Assembly: GCF_018977255.1 (NCBI RefSeq)
Contig: NW_024704756.1
Coordinates: 13,826,001-13,890,000 of the forward strand
DNA length: 64,000 nucleotides
Direction: 5' to 3'
DNA from: Callorhinchus milii
Taxonomy: Eukaryota
A model generated the notes under the pieces. It was given only the letters and a program-made list of their open reading frames with translations, searched no databases and had not been told where the DNA came from. Below are positions 1 to 10,728 of this stretch, one piece after another (the stretch's first letter is position 1; the number at the start of each line of letters is the position of its first letter). Both the position numbers and the translations under genes were made by a program.

Positions 1-369
1 TGAAAGGCTGCAGTCAACCACACAACACCTTTTGACAGCGGTGGAAATAATGCTCCTGAGAAGCTCGTGATTTTTTTTCCCTTCTGGTCTGTGTGCAAAG
101 AAGGGGCGATTTCCTGAGCTCTCAAGAGCAGGTCTCTCTCTCTCTCTCTCTCTCTACCCCTCGCCCTCAGGATCCTGATTAACCCCCCACCCCCCCCCCA
201 CCCCCACCCAAACAAGGGGGGGAGGGGGGGTGGGGATCGTTTTCGCAGCTCTTGCAAAGAAACAGTCTGGGTGTTTGCAAGTGCCCAGACAGACAGACAG
301 ACAAGACAGACAGACAGTCTACACAAAATAAGACGCCCTAAACCGAGCGAGTGCTGCACGGAATGTAGA

Positions 370-860
370 GGGGTTTGCTCTGGGGGGGGGGGGGAGGGGG
401 GGGAGGGGGGGGGTATTTCTGCAAAACTGGATCGCAATCCATTGCTCATTCGGAGATGCATTTACAGTTACACGACAACGCCCATCGTCCTTTCCTCCTC
501 TCCTCTCCCTCTTCCCTCCCGGTGAACAAAAGCACCGTTAAAGGGAGGGTGGGGGGGGGGTGGGGGGGGGGGGGTCGATCGCCTTATTTTGCCCATGCAA
601 TTGGGGTGTGTCTGTCTCCAAACAACCCCCCCCCTCCCCCCCCACCTCCCCCCCCCTCCCCCCTCCCCCACCCCCCCCCCCCCCACCTCCCCCCCCCCCA
701 CCTCTCCCCCCTCCCCACCACCTCTCCCCCCCCCTCCCCACCACCTCTCCCCCCCCCTCCCCACCATCTCTCCCCCCCCCCTCCCCACCACCTCTCCCCC
801 TGTGTGTGTGTGTGTGTGTGTTTGGGGGGTGGGGGGGGGCTCTGGCATTTCAAAACCTGC
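370..860. repeat. Low-complexity G/C-run tract and (TG)n in SEPT6 intron 1
   Basis: Long C and G homopolymers and CCCCACCACCTCTC-like units; source of the Pro/Gly-rich spurious ORFs. Confidence 0.85.
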
Positions 861-1023
861 CAAATGCTTTGAATTGTTTTTGTGTGTGTGTTGCACAATA
901 AAAAACACACAGCCACTTAAACAGGGCTCGTGGTTTTTTTTAAAAAATATTATATATTATTTTTTTTAACCCCCCCCCACAATAATTACAGCTCCCCTCC
1001 CGCATTCCCTCTCAGCTGCTCAC

Positions 1024-1053
1024 CGTTTGCCGAATTACTTCCACAGCCGCCAT
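1024..1053 (-). CDS. SEPT6: Septin-6, first coding exon only (MAAVEVIRQT); the gene continues off the left edge
   Basis: Minus strand reads ACA-ATG GCG GCT GTG GAA GTA ATT CGG CAA ACG|GTGAG. This is a 30-nt phase-0 exon resembling the SEPT6 N-terminus MAATDIARQV, and it is head-to-head with SOWAHD as in human. Confidence 0.75.
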
Positions 1054-1380
1054 TGTCGATCCACCAGTGACAGGAAACTCCTCAGGACATGTGCAGTGTT
1101 ATCCACTCTCTCGCCACTGCCAACAGTGCTGTGTGGGGGGGGGGTGTGTGTGGGGGGGGAGGGGGGGGGTGTGGGGGGGAGAGCGCAGAGCGCACGCACA
1201 CGGTTCCCCTTTGGCTCAAACAGTTCTGCCCTCTTCTCGGGACACCGATAGCCTCAACTAAAGATGTCTTTAATCGAACCACAATTCGGGTTATTTCGGG
1301 GGGGGGTTTGTGGGTTGAGTTCGAACAGTCCTCCCTTCCAGCTCCCCCTCCACTGGCAATGGCATGTCCTCACCCCCCCC

Positions 1381-1411
<31 letters not shown>

Positions 1412-3719
1412 ACACAAACACAAACACACACCCTCCAACCCCCCAATTCGGTCGGATTGACTGCACCGTTATTAGCAAAGGAAATAGCAAGTCGTGTATG
1501 TAATGTGCTTGGGGTGGGGGGGATGGCTGGGAGGGTGGGGGGGGGGGGGGGGCTGAGGGGTGGGGGGGGGGGGCTGGGAGGGTGGGGGGGGGTCTCTCTC
1601 TCTGATGCATTTTCACTCACTTCACCTGATCCAGTCAAAGGGAGCCCAGGGCACACCATTCAATAAGTTTAGTGCTTTCATATTTTTTTATTGAAAAACA
1701 AAACATGAATATTTATAATTGCAAATACATTGTTTCCAGTGGTCCCCCCCTCTCCCCCCCCCCTCCCCCCCCCCCCCTCCCCTCCCCCCCCCCCCACAGA
1801 TGCTCTTCTGGTTTAGAAATGACTCGTTTGAACACATACCCTAAAAAAAAAGTAAGATCGATCCGAACTAAAGTTGATATGTAAATATATATTCGAAGGA
1901 CTGGACGAGTATTTGCCACTACCGGGTCTTGTTATAAGGCACCGAACGGCGAGTTGAGTGCGTCGGCGAATGAGAGGGACAGAAATTCAACGTTTTCCTC
2001 TTAATGTCACGCAGTTTTGCTGTTTGCGTCATTGGAATGAAACGCCGACAAGTTCACACCTCCCACAGAGAGAGAGAGAGAGAGAGGTGCGTATTGTTTG
2101 CGGGAACATCACACACACACACATCACACATCACTTTGCACACTCACACACTTTGCACACTCACACACGCACACACACGCATTGCTTCTTTTAAGCCGAG
2201 TGTCGCCGGAGCGATGCGACTAACACAGGACGAGTGTCAAGTGGTCACGATGGTGAAAAATCTCACCGCTCCTGCAGTGATTATTAACCCAAACCTTTCG
2301 GATTAAAACCCAAGTATTGAGAAATAATTGCGTAGGGAAAAAAAATGGGCTGCCCCCCCCCCCCCCCCCCACCTCCCCTCCCCTCCCTCTTGTGGGTAAT
2401 GTGTGGGATTGTACTGTAATTAATGTAAATACGTAGATGCATAAGGACTGATCTCCTCTCTTCCGTCCATCCCACTCTCTCACCTATCTATACCTTTTGT
2501 GTCGGCTGTTTCTGTCTCTGGCAAAATACCTCACGGGGAGGTTGGGTTTGCCCTGCAAATATGGATGTGTGGAACACTTCACGAGAACAGATTTACATCC
2601 ACGCACACATTGCACTTCAGTGTTCTCTTTATTCTCTTTAAATCCCATCTGTATCGTCGGTCTAAATCAGAGCTTGAGTTACCAACTTGAGTTAGTGACA
2701 ATAACAGAAAAGGCAACAGGACAACAACGTGCACTTATATATATATATGTATATATATATACATATATATATATAGCTCCTCGTGGTTCCAAAAAAAGTG
2801 GTTCCAAGACAACGTGCGCTGCTCCAGTAACAGTGTCGTTCACGTTGGAAGAAAGGAAAATGGGTGATGGGTGTTCAGTGAAATGTTTGAACGTTATGTG
2901 AGAGGCGTAAATAAACCATTGGAGGTTTGATGGCAGATCAGGCCAGAAGCATTTGGCACAACATCGAGCGATGGGTTACAATGGGGCATTGGTAAACCAG
3001 GGCATTCCTGCACTTTTTTTTTGTGAGTTAACCTTGATAATTAAGGTTCTTGTTCTTGTTGTTGTTGTACACGTGTGCAGTAAAAACGTAAATGACTCAG
3101 TCAATGACCGACTGTGTCACTGGTCCCTGGAAGTATGTAATGCACAAGCAATGGTGATGATGACATGGTGAGTCCAAACCTGCATATACATGCTGAGCAA
3201 GTGGCAAGTCCTGATTCACCAGCCACAGGCACAGCAATTTGAAACTTGTGGTGAAATAATCTATAATAATAATAATAATGATCATCATTGCATTCAATAT
3301 AGCGCCTTAGCACATTGTTGAGACAACTCAAAACACTTCGCAGAACATATGGTAAATTTTCTGAGTGCAACTGATGGAAACATCGGACGATCTCACCCGC
3401 GTGCAGTTGTTTGTTCGAATAGAAATATTGCTCGAAGGCCTAAAGGTAGAGTACAACTATGTCATATTGACTGCTGTATCCAATCCCAGCATTGATATAG
3501 AACAGGAAAAGACCCAAGAAAGCTCCTCCCTTTTAATACATCTAACTCCTCCTCGCTGAAAGTGAAGGCTGTCCAAAGCTTGTGAATGTTAGGGCAATAG
3601 CTTCTGCGGTTAATGTTGCCAGGACGTATACCTAGGATCTTCCGTTTCTCTGGGGCGCTAACCTGCATTAGGGCTGCTATATAAATGCAAGTTGTCGTTG
3701 TTATTTGTTGTTGTTATTT

Positions 3720-4765
3720 CCGCTGCCCACAGTACAGACTGCGCTTGTGAAAGTCGCAAACGACATCCTCTCTATCTCTGACCAGGGCTCCCTTTGCCTC
3801 CTTGTCCTCCTGGACCTCTCTGCCGTGTTCGACACAGTCAATCACGCCATCCTCCTCTACTGCCTTTCCTCCGTCATCCATCTCAGTGGGACCGCATTTG
3901 CCTGGTTCGAGTCCTATCTCACAAACCGCCAGCAGTACATCTCCACAAACGGCTTCTCCTCTTGCTCTCACCCGGTCACCTGCGGGTACCCCAAGGATCC
4001 ATCCTTGGCCCTCTCCTCTTTCTGATCTATATGCTCCCTCTTGGGGATGTCATCCGCAGATATGGGGTACACTTCCACATGCATGCAAACGACACCCAGC
4101 TCTATTTTTCCACCTCTCTTTGCGACCCCCAGTCCCCTGATGTTCTGTCAGTCTGCCTGTCAGACCTCAGGGGTTGGATGAGCGCAAATTTCCTTCAGCT
4201 GAACGTTGACAAGACAGAAACCATACTCTTTGGCTTTCGTCAACGTCTAAAATCTCACAGCTGTCACCTTTTCCACCTACCCGATCTTCCCCTAAAGGTC
4301 TCTGAACCCATCCGCAACTTAGGCGTCAGGTTCGACCCCCAATTATCCTTCTTTCCCTACATCCAGTCCCTCACCAGCACCGCTTCCTTCCACCACCGAC
4401 GCATCGCCCATCTCCACCAATACCTCTCCCCAGAAGCAGCTGAAACCCTGGTCCATGCCTTTGTTTCTTCGGGTCTGGCTTCCTCCTTGTCTCCCGAGTC
4501 CTCCATTCCACCCTCGCCGGCCATGCCCTCAGCCACTATGCCCCGAGCTCTGGAACTCCCTTCCTCACTCCCTTCGCCTCACTCCCTCCCTTCCTATTAT
4601 TAAGGTCTTTGCTGAAGACCTTTCTTTTCGACCGCGCCTTTGGTCACCTTCCCCCCCCCCCCTCCCCTCCCCCTGGCTCGGCCCCGGGATCCGGTACTGT
4701 GAAGTGCTCTGGAACGCCGTCCGGCGTGGAGGGCGCGATATAAATCCAAGTTGTTGTTGTTGTTG
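3720..4765 (+). mobile_element. L2-clade LINE, 5'-truncated and degenerate RT fragment with 3' tail
   Basis: Frameshifted RT motifs TALVKVANDIL, LVLLDLSAVFDTVNH, VPQGSILGPLLF, ANDTQLY, NFLQLNVDKTE, RNLGVRFD; ends in ATAAATCCAAG(TTG)n. Confidence 0.9.
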
Positions 4766-5804
4766 TGTATCAACTGGTTCCCAGAGTTCCTACTGCAAAT
4801 GACACCACCATGGATCAGTACAGCTCATGAAATTCAAATCAATCTGTGTTAGAGCCAATAAACACAGGGTTATCATGCAATAGGGGAGGAATAGAGAAAC
4901 AAAGAAGTGGAATAAGAGATTTCACATACTGCTCTGTAAATAAATGGTGCAACTTCTCATCGGATGTCACGCAACCGATGCTTTCTCTTACTTCCTTATA
5001 GGTTTCATTTTAAGCACTTTGCAAGATGATGTGTCTGATCAGCGATCAGAGGAATCTAACTTAAGGAATCTTGTTAATTCAACGGTGAAATCAACAGACA
5101 GAACCAGACAACGTCACTAATGTGAGATTAGGATTTAAATTCTTAAAATCGTGGTCATCTCCTTGGTTCTGAAACCCCCCCCGCAATGATCCAGATATTT
5201 TAAAAATCACTTCCTTTCGGCTTAACTCAGCGCCTTTTTTGTAGGGTTAAATTAGATTTTTTTTGGATTGATGTAGCAGTAATATGGTGGTGGGGGGGGG
5301 GGGGGGAGAGAGAGAGAGAGAGAGATAACTCACGTCTCAGGGTTGGTTAAGGAGTGAGCGAATTCAAATGCAGGTCCAAAGTACACAGCATTTATTTCTG
5401 TGGTGATGGGGAAGTCGTGCACGAAACCGACACACACACACACAAAAAAAAATGAGAGAAAGAGGAAATTCCACGGGGGCGAGCGTGATGGAGAATTTAG
5501 CGAAAGGGGGCGAGTGAGTGAGTGAGTGGGGAGGGAGGAGAGAGAGAGAGAGACCTCACTCATCTATCTGCATGTGAGAGTGAGTGTGTGCGGTTGTGTG
5601 CGGTATGTGGGTGGGTTTAACGCTCCAGTTAATAATTGACCCAACTCAACACATGTACACAACACACCCTCTTCACTCATTCCGGAGCTTGGACTCAACG
5701 GGTCGGAGAGTAATAAGCCCTCTCCACCCCCACCCCACCCCCCCCGAGGAGCAACCGAGAGAAAGGGAGAGACAGGAGAGAGAGAGAGAGAGAGAGAGAC
5801 GAGA

Positions 5805-7529
5805 ATGTTTGAAAAGGTCGGAGCTATGAACCGCAACAGGTTTGCGGGATCGGCCGGAGATCTGAACGCTTTCTACATCGGAGAGGTCCCAACCTCCCCG
5901 GGGGGTCGCCCCCTCCCCGAAGGCTGTGACCCACTCGGTTGCTGTGGGGTCGCCGAGGACGTGACCCGCTTTTCCAATCTCCTGGATCGCTTCCTGGAAA
6001 ATGCCGAAAGTCCCCCAGGAACAGAGGCGGCTCAGAGGACAGCGGGTGACATAAATCTGTCTCCTTNNNNNNNNNNNNNNNNNNNNNNNNNNNNNNNNNN
6101 NNNNNNNNNNNNNNNNNNNNNNNNNNNNNNNNNNNNNNNNNNNNNNNNNNNNNNNNNNNNNNNNNNNNNNNNNNNNNNNNNNNNNNNNNNNNNNNNNNNN
6201 NNNNNNNNNNNNNNNNNNNNNNNNNNNNNNNNNNNNNNNNNNNNNNNNNNNNNNNNNNNNAGGGGGGAAGAGAGGGAGAGGGAGAGAGGGGAGGAGAGGG
6301 AGGAGGAGAGGGAGAGGGAGAGGGGTGAGGAGAGGGAGAGGGGGGAAGAGAGGGAGAGGGAGGAGGAGAGGGGTGAGGAGAGGGAGAGGGAGGAGGAGAG
6401 GGAGAGGGAAGAGGAGAGGGAGAGGGAGGAGGAGAGGGGTGAGGAGAGGGAGGAGGAGAGGGAGAGGGGTGGGGAGAGGGAAGAGGAGAGGGAGAGGGGT
6501 GAGGAGAGGGAAGAGGAGAGGGAGAGGGGTGAGGAGAGGGAAGAGGAGAGGGAGGAGGAGAGGGAGAGGGAGGAGGAGACGGAAGGAGAGGAACTTAACG
6601 ACGAGGGTAACTCCGCGGGATCCACACCGACAAAGGTCCCGAATCCAATGGGAACCGCGGGCGATCCGCGGGGCGGGAGGCGGTCGGGGTCGGAACCGGA
6701 GCGGCGGGACGGTGTCGGGGCTCCCGGCGGCAGAGACCCGGCGGGAAGGGTTTGGGACGAGGGGGACGTCGCCCCCAACCCGTGGGGCACCCGGAAAAAA
6801 TGTCGGAAGGAGCTGAACGCCCGCGGGCGCGGGGCCAGGAGGCGCCACGAGGAACGCGAGTGGCCGGACTCCGGCCACGGCGGGTCCGACGGGTCGGGCG
6901 AGTCCAGCGGGTCCGGCGGGTCGGGGATGACCCTGGACCCGTCGGAGCACGAGTGGATGCTGGCGGCGGCCGGAGGCGACTGGGAGAAGATGGCGTGGCT
7001 GCTGGAGTCGGACCCGGACCTGCTGGACCAGAAGGACTTCATCACGGGGCTGACCGCCGTGCACTGGCTCGCCAAGCAGGGCCGGACCGAGACCCTGATC
7101 GCTCTGGTGCGCTTCGCCGAGGGGCGAGCGGTGCGGCTGGACGTGAACGCCAAGGCGAGCGGCGGCTACACGGCCTTGCACTTGGCTGCCATGCAGGGCC
7201 ACCAGATGACCATCAAGCTGCTGGTGGGCGCCTACGACGCCTCGGTGGACATCAGGGACCACACGGGCAGGAAAGCCTGGCAGTACCTGGGCGGCGACGT
7301 GCCCGGGGAGATGAAGCTGCTGACCGGGGCGCGGGAGGAGGAGATCGGGAGGCGGACCGTCTCCGAAGCCAAAGCCAAAGCCAACGCCTGTCCGGACCGG
7401 GTGGACCCCCCACGCGGCAAACCGGACCTGTCCGGGATCGTGTCGTTACGCAAACTGCTACAGCCATCGCAGTGGCGAAGGAGGAGACGGTGCGAACGGG
7501 CGGACACTCCCGCGGCTCTCCTCACGTGA
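5805..7529 (+). CDS. SOWAHD: Sosondowah ankyrin repeat domain protein D (single exon; interrupted by N gap 6067-6260)
   Basis: SOWAH signature LDPSEHEWMLAAAGGDW...KDFITGLTAVHWLAKQG and ankyrin repeat GGYTALHLAAMQGH...LLVGAYDASVDIRDHTGRKAWQYL; position between SEPT6 and UPF3B. Frame across the gap and the start codon are assumed. Confidence 0.85.
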   Translation: MFEKVGAMNRNRFAGSAGDLNAFYIGEVPTSPGGRPLPEGCDPLGCCGVAEDVTRFSNLLDRFLENAESPPGTEAAQRTAGDINLSPXXXXXXXXXXXXXXXXXXXXXXXXXXXXXXXXXXXXXXXXXXXXXXXXXXXXXXXXXXXXXXXXXRGEERERERGEEREEERERERGEERERGEEREREEERGEEREREEEREREEEREREEERGEEREEERERGGEREEERERGEEREEERERGEEREEEREEEREREEETEGEELNDEGNSAGSTPTKVPNPMGTAGDPRGGRRSGSEPERRDGVGAPGGRDPAGRVWDEGDVAPNPWGTRKKCRKELNARGRGARRRHEEREWPDSGHGGSDGSGESSGSGGSGMTLDPSEHEWMLAAAGGDWEKMAWLLESDPDLLDQKDFITGLTAVHWLAKQGRTETLIALVRFAEGRAVRLDVNAKASGGYTALHLAAMQGHQMTIKLLVGAYDASVDIRDHTGRKAWQYLGGDVPGEMKLLTGAREEEIGRRTVSEAKAKANACPDRVDPPRGKPDLSGIVSLRKLLQPSQWRRRRRCERADTPAALLT

Positions 7530-10500
7530 ATGAATGAATGAATGGACGGACGGACGGACGGATGATGGACGGACTCTGATGGCTTTGGACTCTTTTGCCC
7601 GAAGACTTGAGCCATTGCCGTCGGTGGCGTCGCCCACCGTCGTAGGATGCGCCGTACGCGTCTGCACTGGGTTTGGAGATGTCATGTATGTCATGTAACG
7701 GTGTTACCCGGACCGGACCCCTCCTTCCTTCTGGTTGAGGACAATTTTTTTTTATATGGCACCGAAGGGTTCACCCCCATCCGCACAGGAGAGGAGACTG
7801 GCAAACCATTCCCGGGAGGGGAGGAGGATGCACTTTCAGTAATTCCTTGGTGGGAATTTGGCATTTAGAATTTTTTTCTTTTTTTGGGGGGGAAGAAAAT
7901 TGGTACCCACACACCCACCCACCCACCGCCCAAAAAAAAAAATGGGGAATTGACTCGGTGGCGATGATCTTTACATTTTCGTTTAAAGAGCATTACCGGG
8001 TCAGTCGTTGAAAAGCCGCTCAAGGCGAGCAATTGGGGTACCCGCGATTGATTACTTCCTCGCGGGTTTAAACGTTGCCCGGGTTGGTGGTTATTTTTCC
8101 AAACTTGGGCTGGTTTATCAGTTCGGCTCAGTTGGTCGATCGGAGTTGAGGTGCAGATCAGCCATGATCTAATAGAATGGCCGAAAGGGCTCGAGGGGCT
8201 GAAAGGCCTCCTCCTGGTCCTATATTCCAATCGAGATTTCTGTGGTGGTCTTCCCGCCTCATGTTGGATTCTGACTCTTCGTCTGGCCCGACGCTCTCTT
8301 GGGGGGAGGCTCTGTCCTGTTGGGAGGTGCAACATCTTTCAACAACAAATGATAATAATAATGATAATCCTTGCATTTGATGTAGCGCTTTGCACGTCTT
8401 CTCGACGTCTCGAAGCGCTTCACAGAATAGACTGTAAAGTGAATTGACCGTATATTTGTGGGCGAATGCCAAGATCATTTTTGCCTGTTCACGACACTAC
8501 TTACACAGTAGATCTCATGGGGTTTATGACATTTTTCTATTCCTCTGTGTTTGGATATAACGCTCCTAAGTATTGCTTATTTCAGTAATGTTTGTAACTG
8601 TGATCTGGATGATGATGATGAATTCAGTCAGATCAAATAGATCGCCCCCCAAAAAAAATAACCGATCTGCTCTAAAAGATGCTAACAAATTACAATGACC
8701 TATTCTAAATAAAACCTGTGATGATTTTTCTGGTAAAGTTCAAATATAAAATACAGTATTTATTACAATATGAACATGACTGTGTATGTGAACTGTGTTT
8801 GTGTGTGTGTGTGTGTGTGTGGGGGGGGGGGGGGTTGTTGTATCCTATCATCATTGCCTCAAATACACATTCTCCAAAGATTGACAAACTTTTTCACCCG
8901 TGTTTTTGTTCTGCTGCGTCAACATGTCAGCAGATCTATAATTCGTTCTTTCTGAAGTGATTTTAAGACACGGAAAGTGTTTGTAAACTTCCATTGGTAA
9001 CCTTTTGTGTCAAAACAAAAGTGTTCCCATGGACAATGTATTCAATATGTAGCTAACAACTTTGCAACCCCTTAAGGATTGTTTCAGAGCATTACAATAG
9101 AGTCATTTTCTTTGCTCGGCCGGGTGTCTGGCACAAGGGGAAAGCCATCACCAGGGCCAATGGAAAATTGTGGAAATATTTGCCAAAAATTGTGGGGAAA
9201 TTTGACAACTTTTGATCACTAGAGTTGCCAGTTGGCCTATGCATTCATTGATGATACACAGTCAACACTGCTCGAAGTATGAACCGCATGTGAAAAAGAA
9301 ATGAAAAGATACCAACGGTTTTGTGAATTCAATATTTTATTTCTACTGAGGAATGGTTTTGAATCAATTCTGTTCCTAAAAGCTTTTCGAAGGGTGGTGT
9401 CTGCTCTAATATGCCATGCTTATCCACCAAGACAATCCCTTGGCCCCTGAAGACGTGTGCAATAACTAACGTTTCAAGCACAAGCAGAAAGAAATGCGTG
9501 ACAGTGCAAACGAGGGATCCAGAAGAGTTGTGGAGTAATCTTAATATCATACTCGTTTGCTTATTTTGCCAAACACGATCCCCCCAAAAAAAATACTAGC
9601 ACACATTGTAATCAATCACCGGAAAAAAAAGAAAACTAAACTACTTGCTTCTCTTCCCTTTAGTGCATCTTAATTTCTAACCTATTGTCACATTACTATC
9701 CCAGTACTTTTTTTTCAAAAAAAAAGAAAATCACACATTCTTGCTTTCCTCCAGCAAGAGTCGTGGACCAGAGCAAAGAGGTTGGGTTCCACGTTTGTGG
9801 TGCTGCAATGCCAGCACCCTCTACTGGTCAGCCACACTTCGCCTGAGCCACAATGCTGCCAACAGGAAAAATATATCTCTAATGATAAATAAGAAAAAAA
9901 AGTAAAACTTAGTAAAGGAGCAGGGGCAAAAAACTAGTTAATTCTTATATAGCATTCTACTCATCCGTGTGACAACATAGAATGAGTCAAAAGTACTGGG
10001 CCGGCATTCCAGCAGGAAATGGACAAATATATTTTTCCCTACGAACCTACTTTTTCATGAAGGGCTTTTATTAAAAGTGTAAAATCCAAGTATTGTGTCA
10101 CCTTCAAAGCCTCTTCAATGGAGCTCTAATGGTTCCTTTCTCCAACTGTAGAAATGCAAGAGTCTACACTGAATACAACAGGTGTGGTAAAAGTTAAACA
10201 AATAGCAAATGCGAACTTCATTTTTTCCTGGGCCTTTTCATAGATCCCACAGATAGAGATCAATGTATTATAAGGCCACTAAGAGTTCTCTCATGCAGTA
10301 ATCTTCAATGTATTTTAAATTACGATGGCCCAAGTTGTTTTTTTTTTAGCATTTGCTAGTATAGTGTTGCTTTAGCTGATTGCATGTATCCTTTACTGGT
10401 ATCTGGCTAGTAAAACAGATATTACCAACTCACTCTGGGTCTTTTATGCGTAACAAGCAGTTGTGTTATCAATCATAAATCTACCTTACGTTCTCATTAA

Positions 10501-10728
10501 TCTCCAGCTGCAATAACCGCACACTTGCTAACATTGGAGCCTTGTGGCAGCCGTAATTATAAAGGGAAGGAAATTCCCATTCTGAAGAGGAAAAATACCA
10601 GTTTCAAACATTTTATCTGACAAACCAAAACGCTGTCCTCACTATCTGAACTCCTACTCGATAAGGACACTTCCGGATATTCCACGCTCAGGCTGTCCAC
10701 TTGTCCACCTCATTGAAGAACACGATTT

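Noticed and set aside
271-1919. Many overlapping Pro/Gly-rich ORFs
   Set aside because: Artefacts of stop-free G/C homopolymer and (CA)n tracts; no domain signal.
5673-7615. Long antisense and alternative-frame ORFs over SOWAHD
   Set aside because: Shadows of a GC-rich CDS and a purine repeat.
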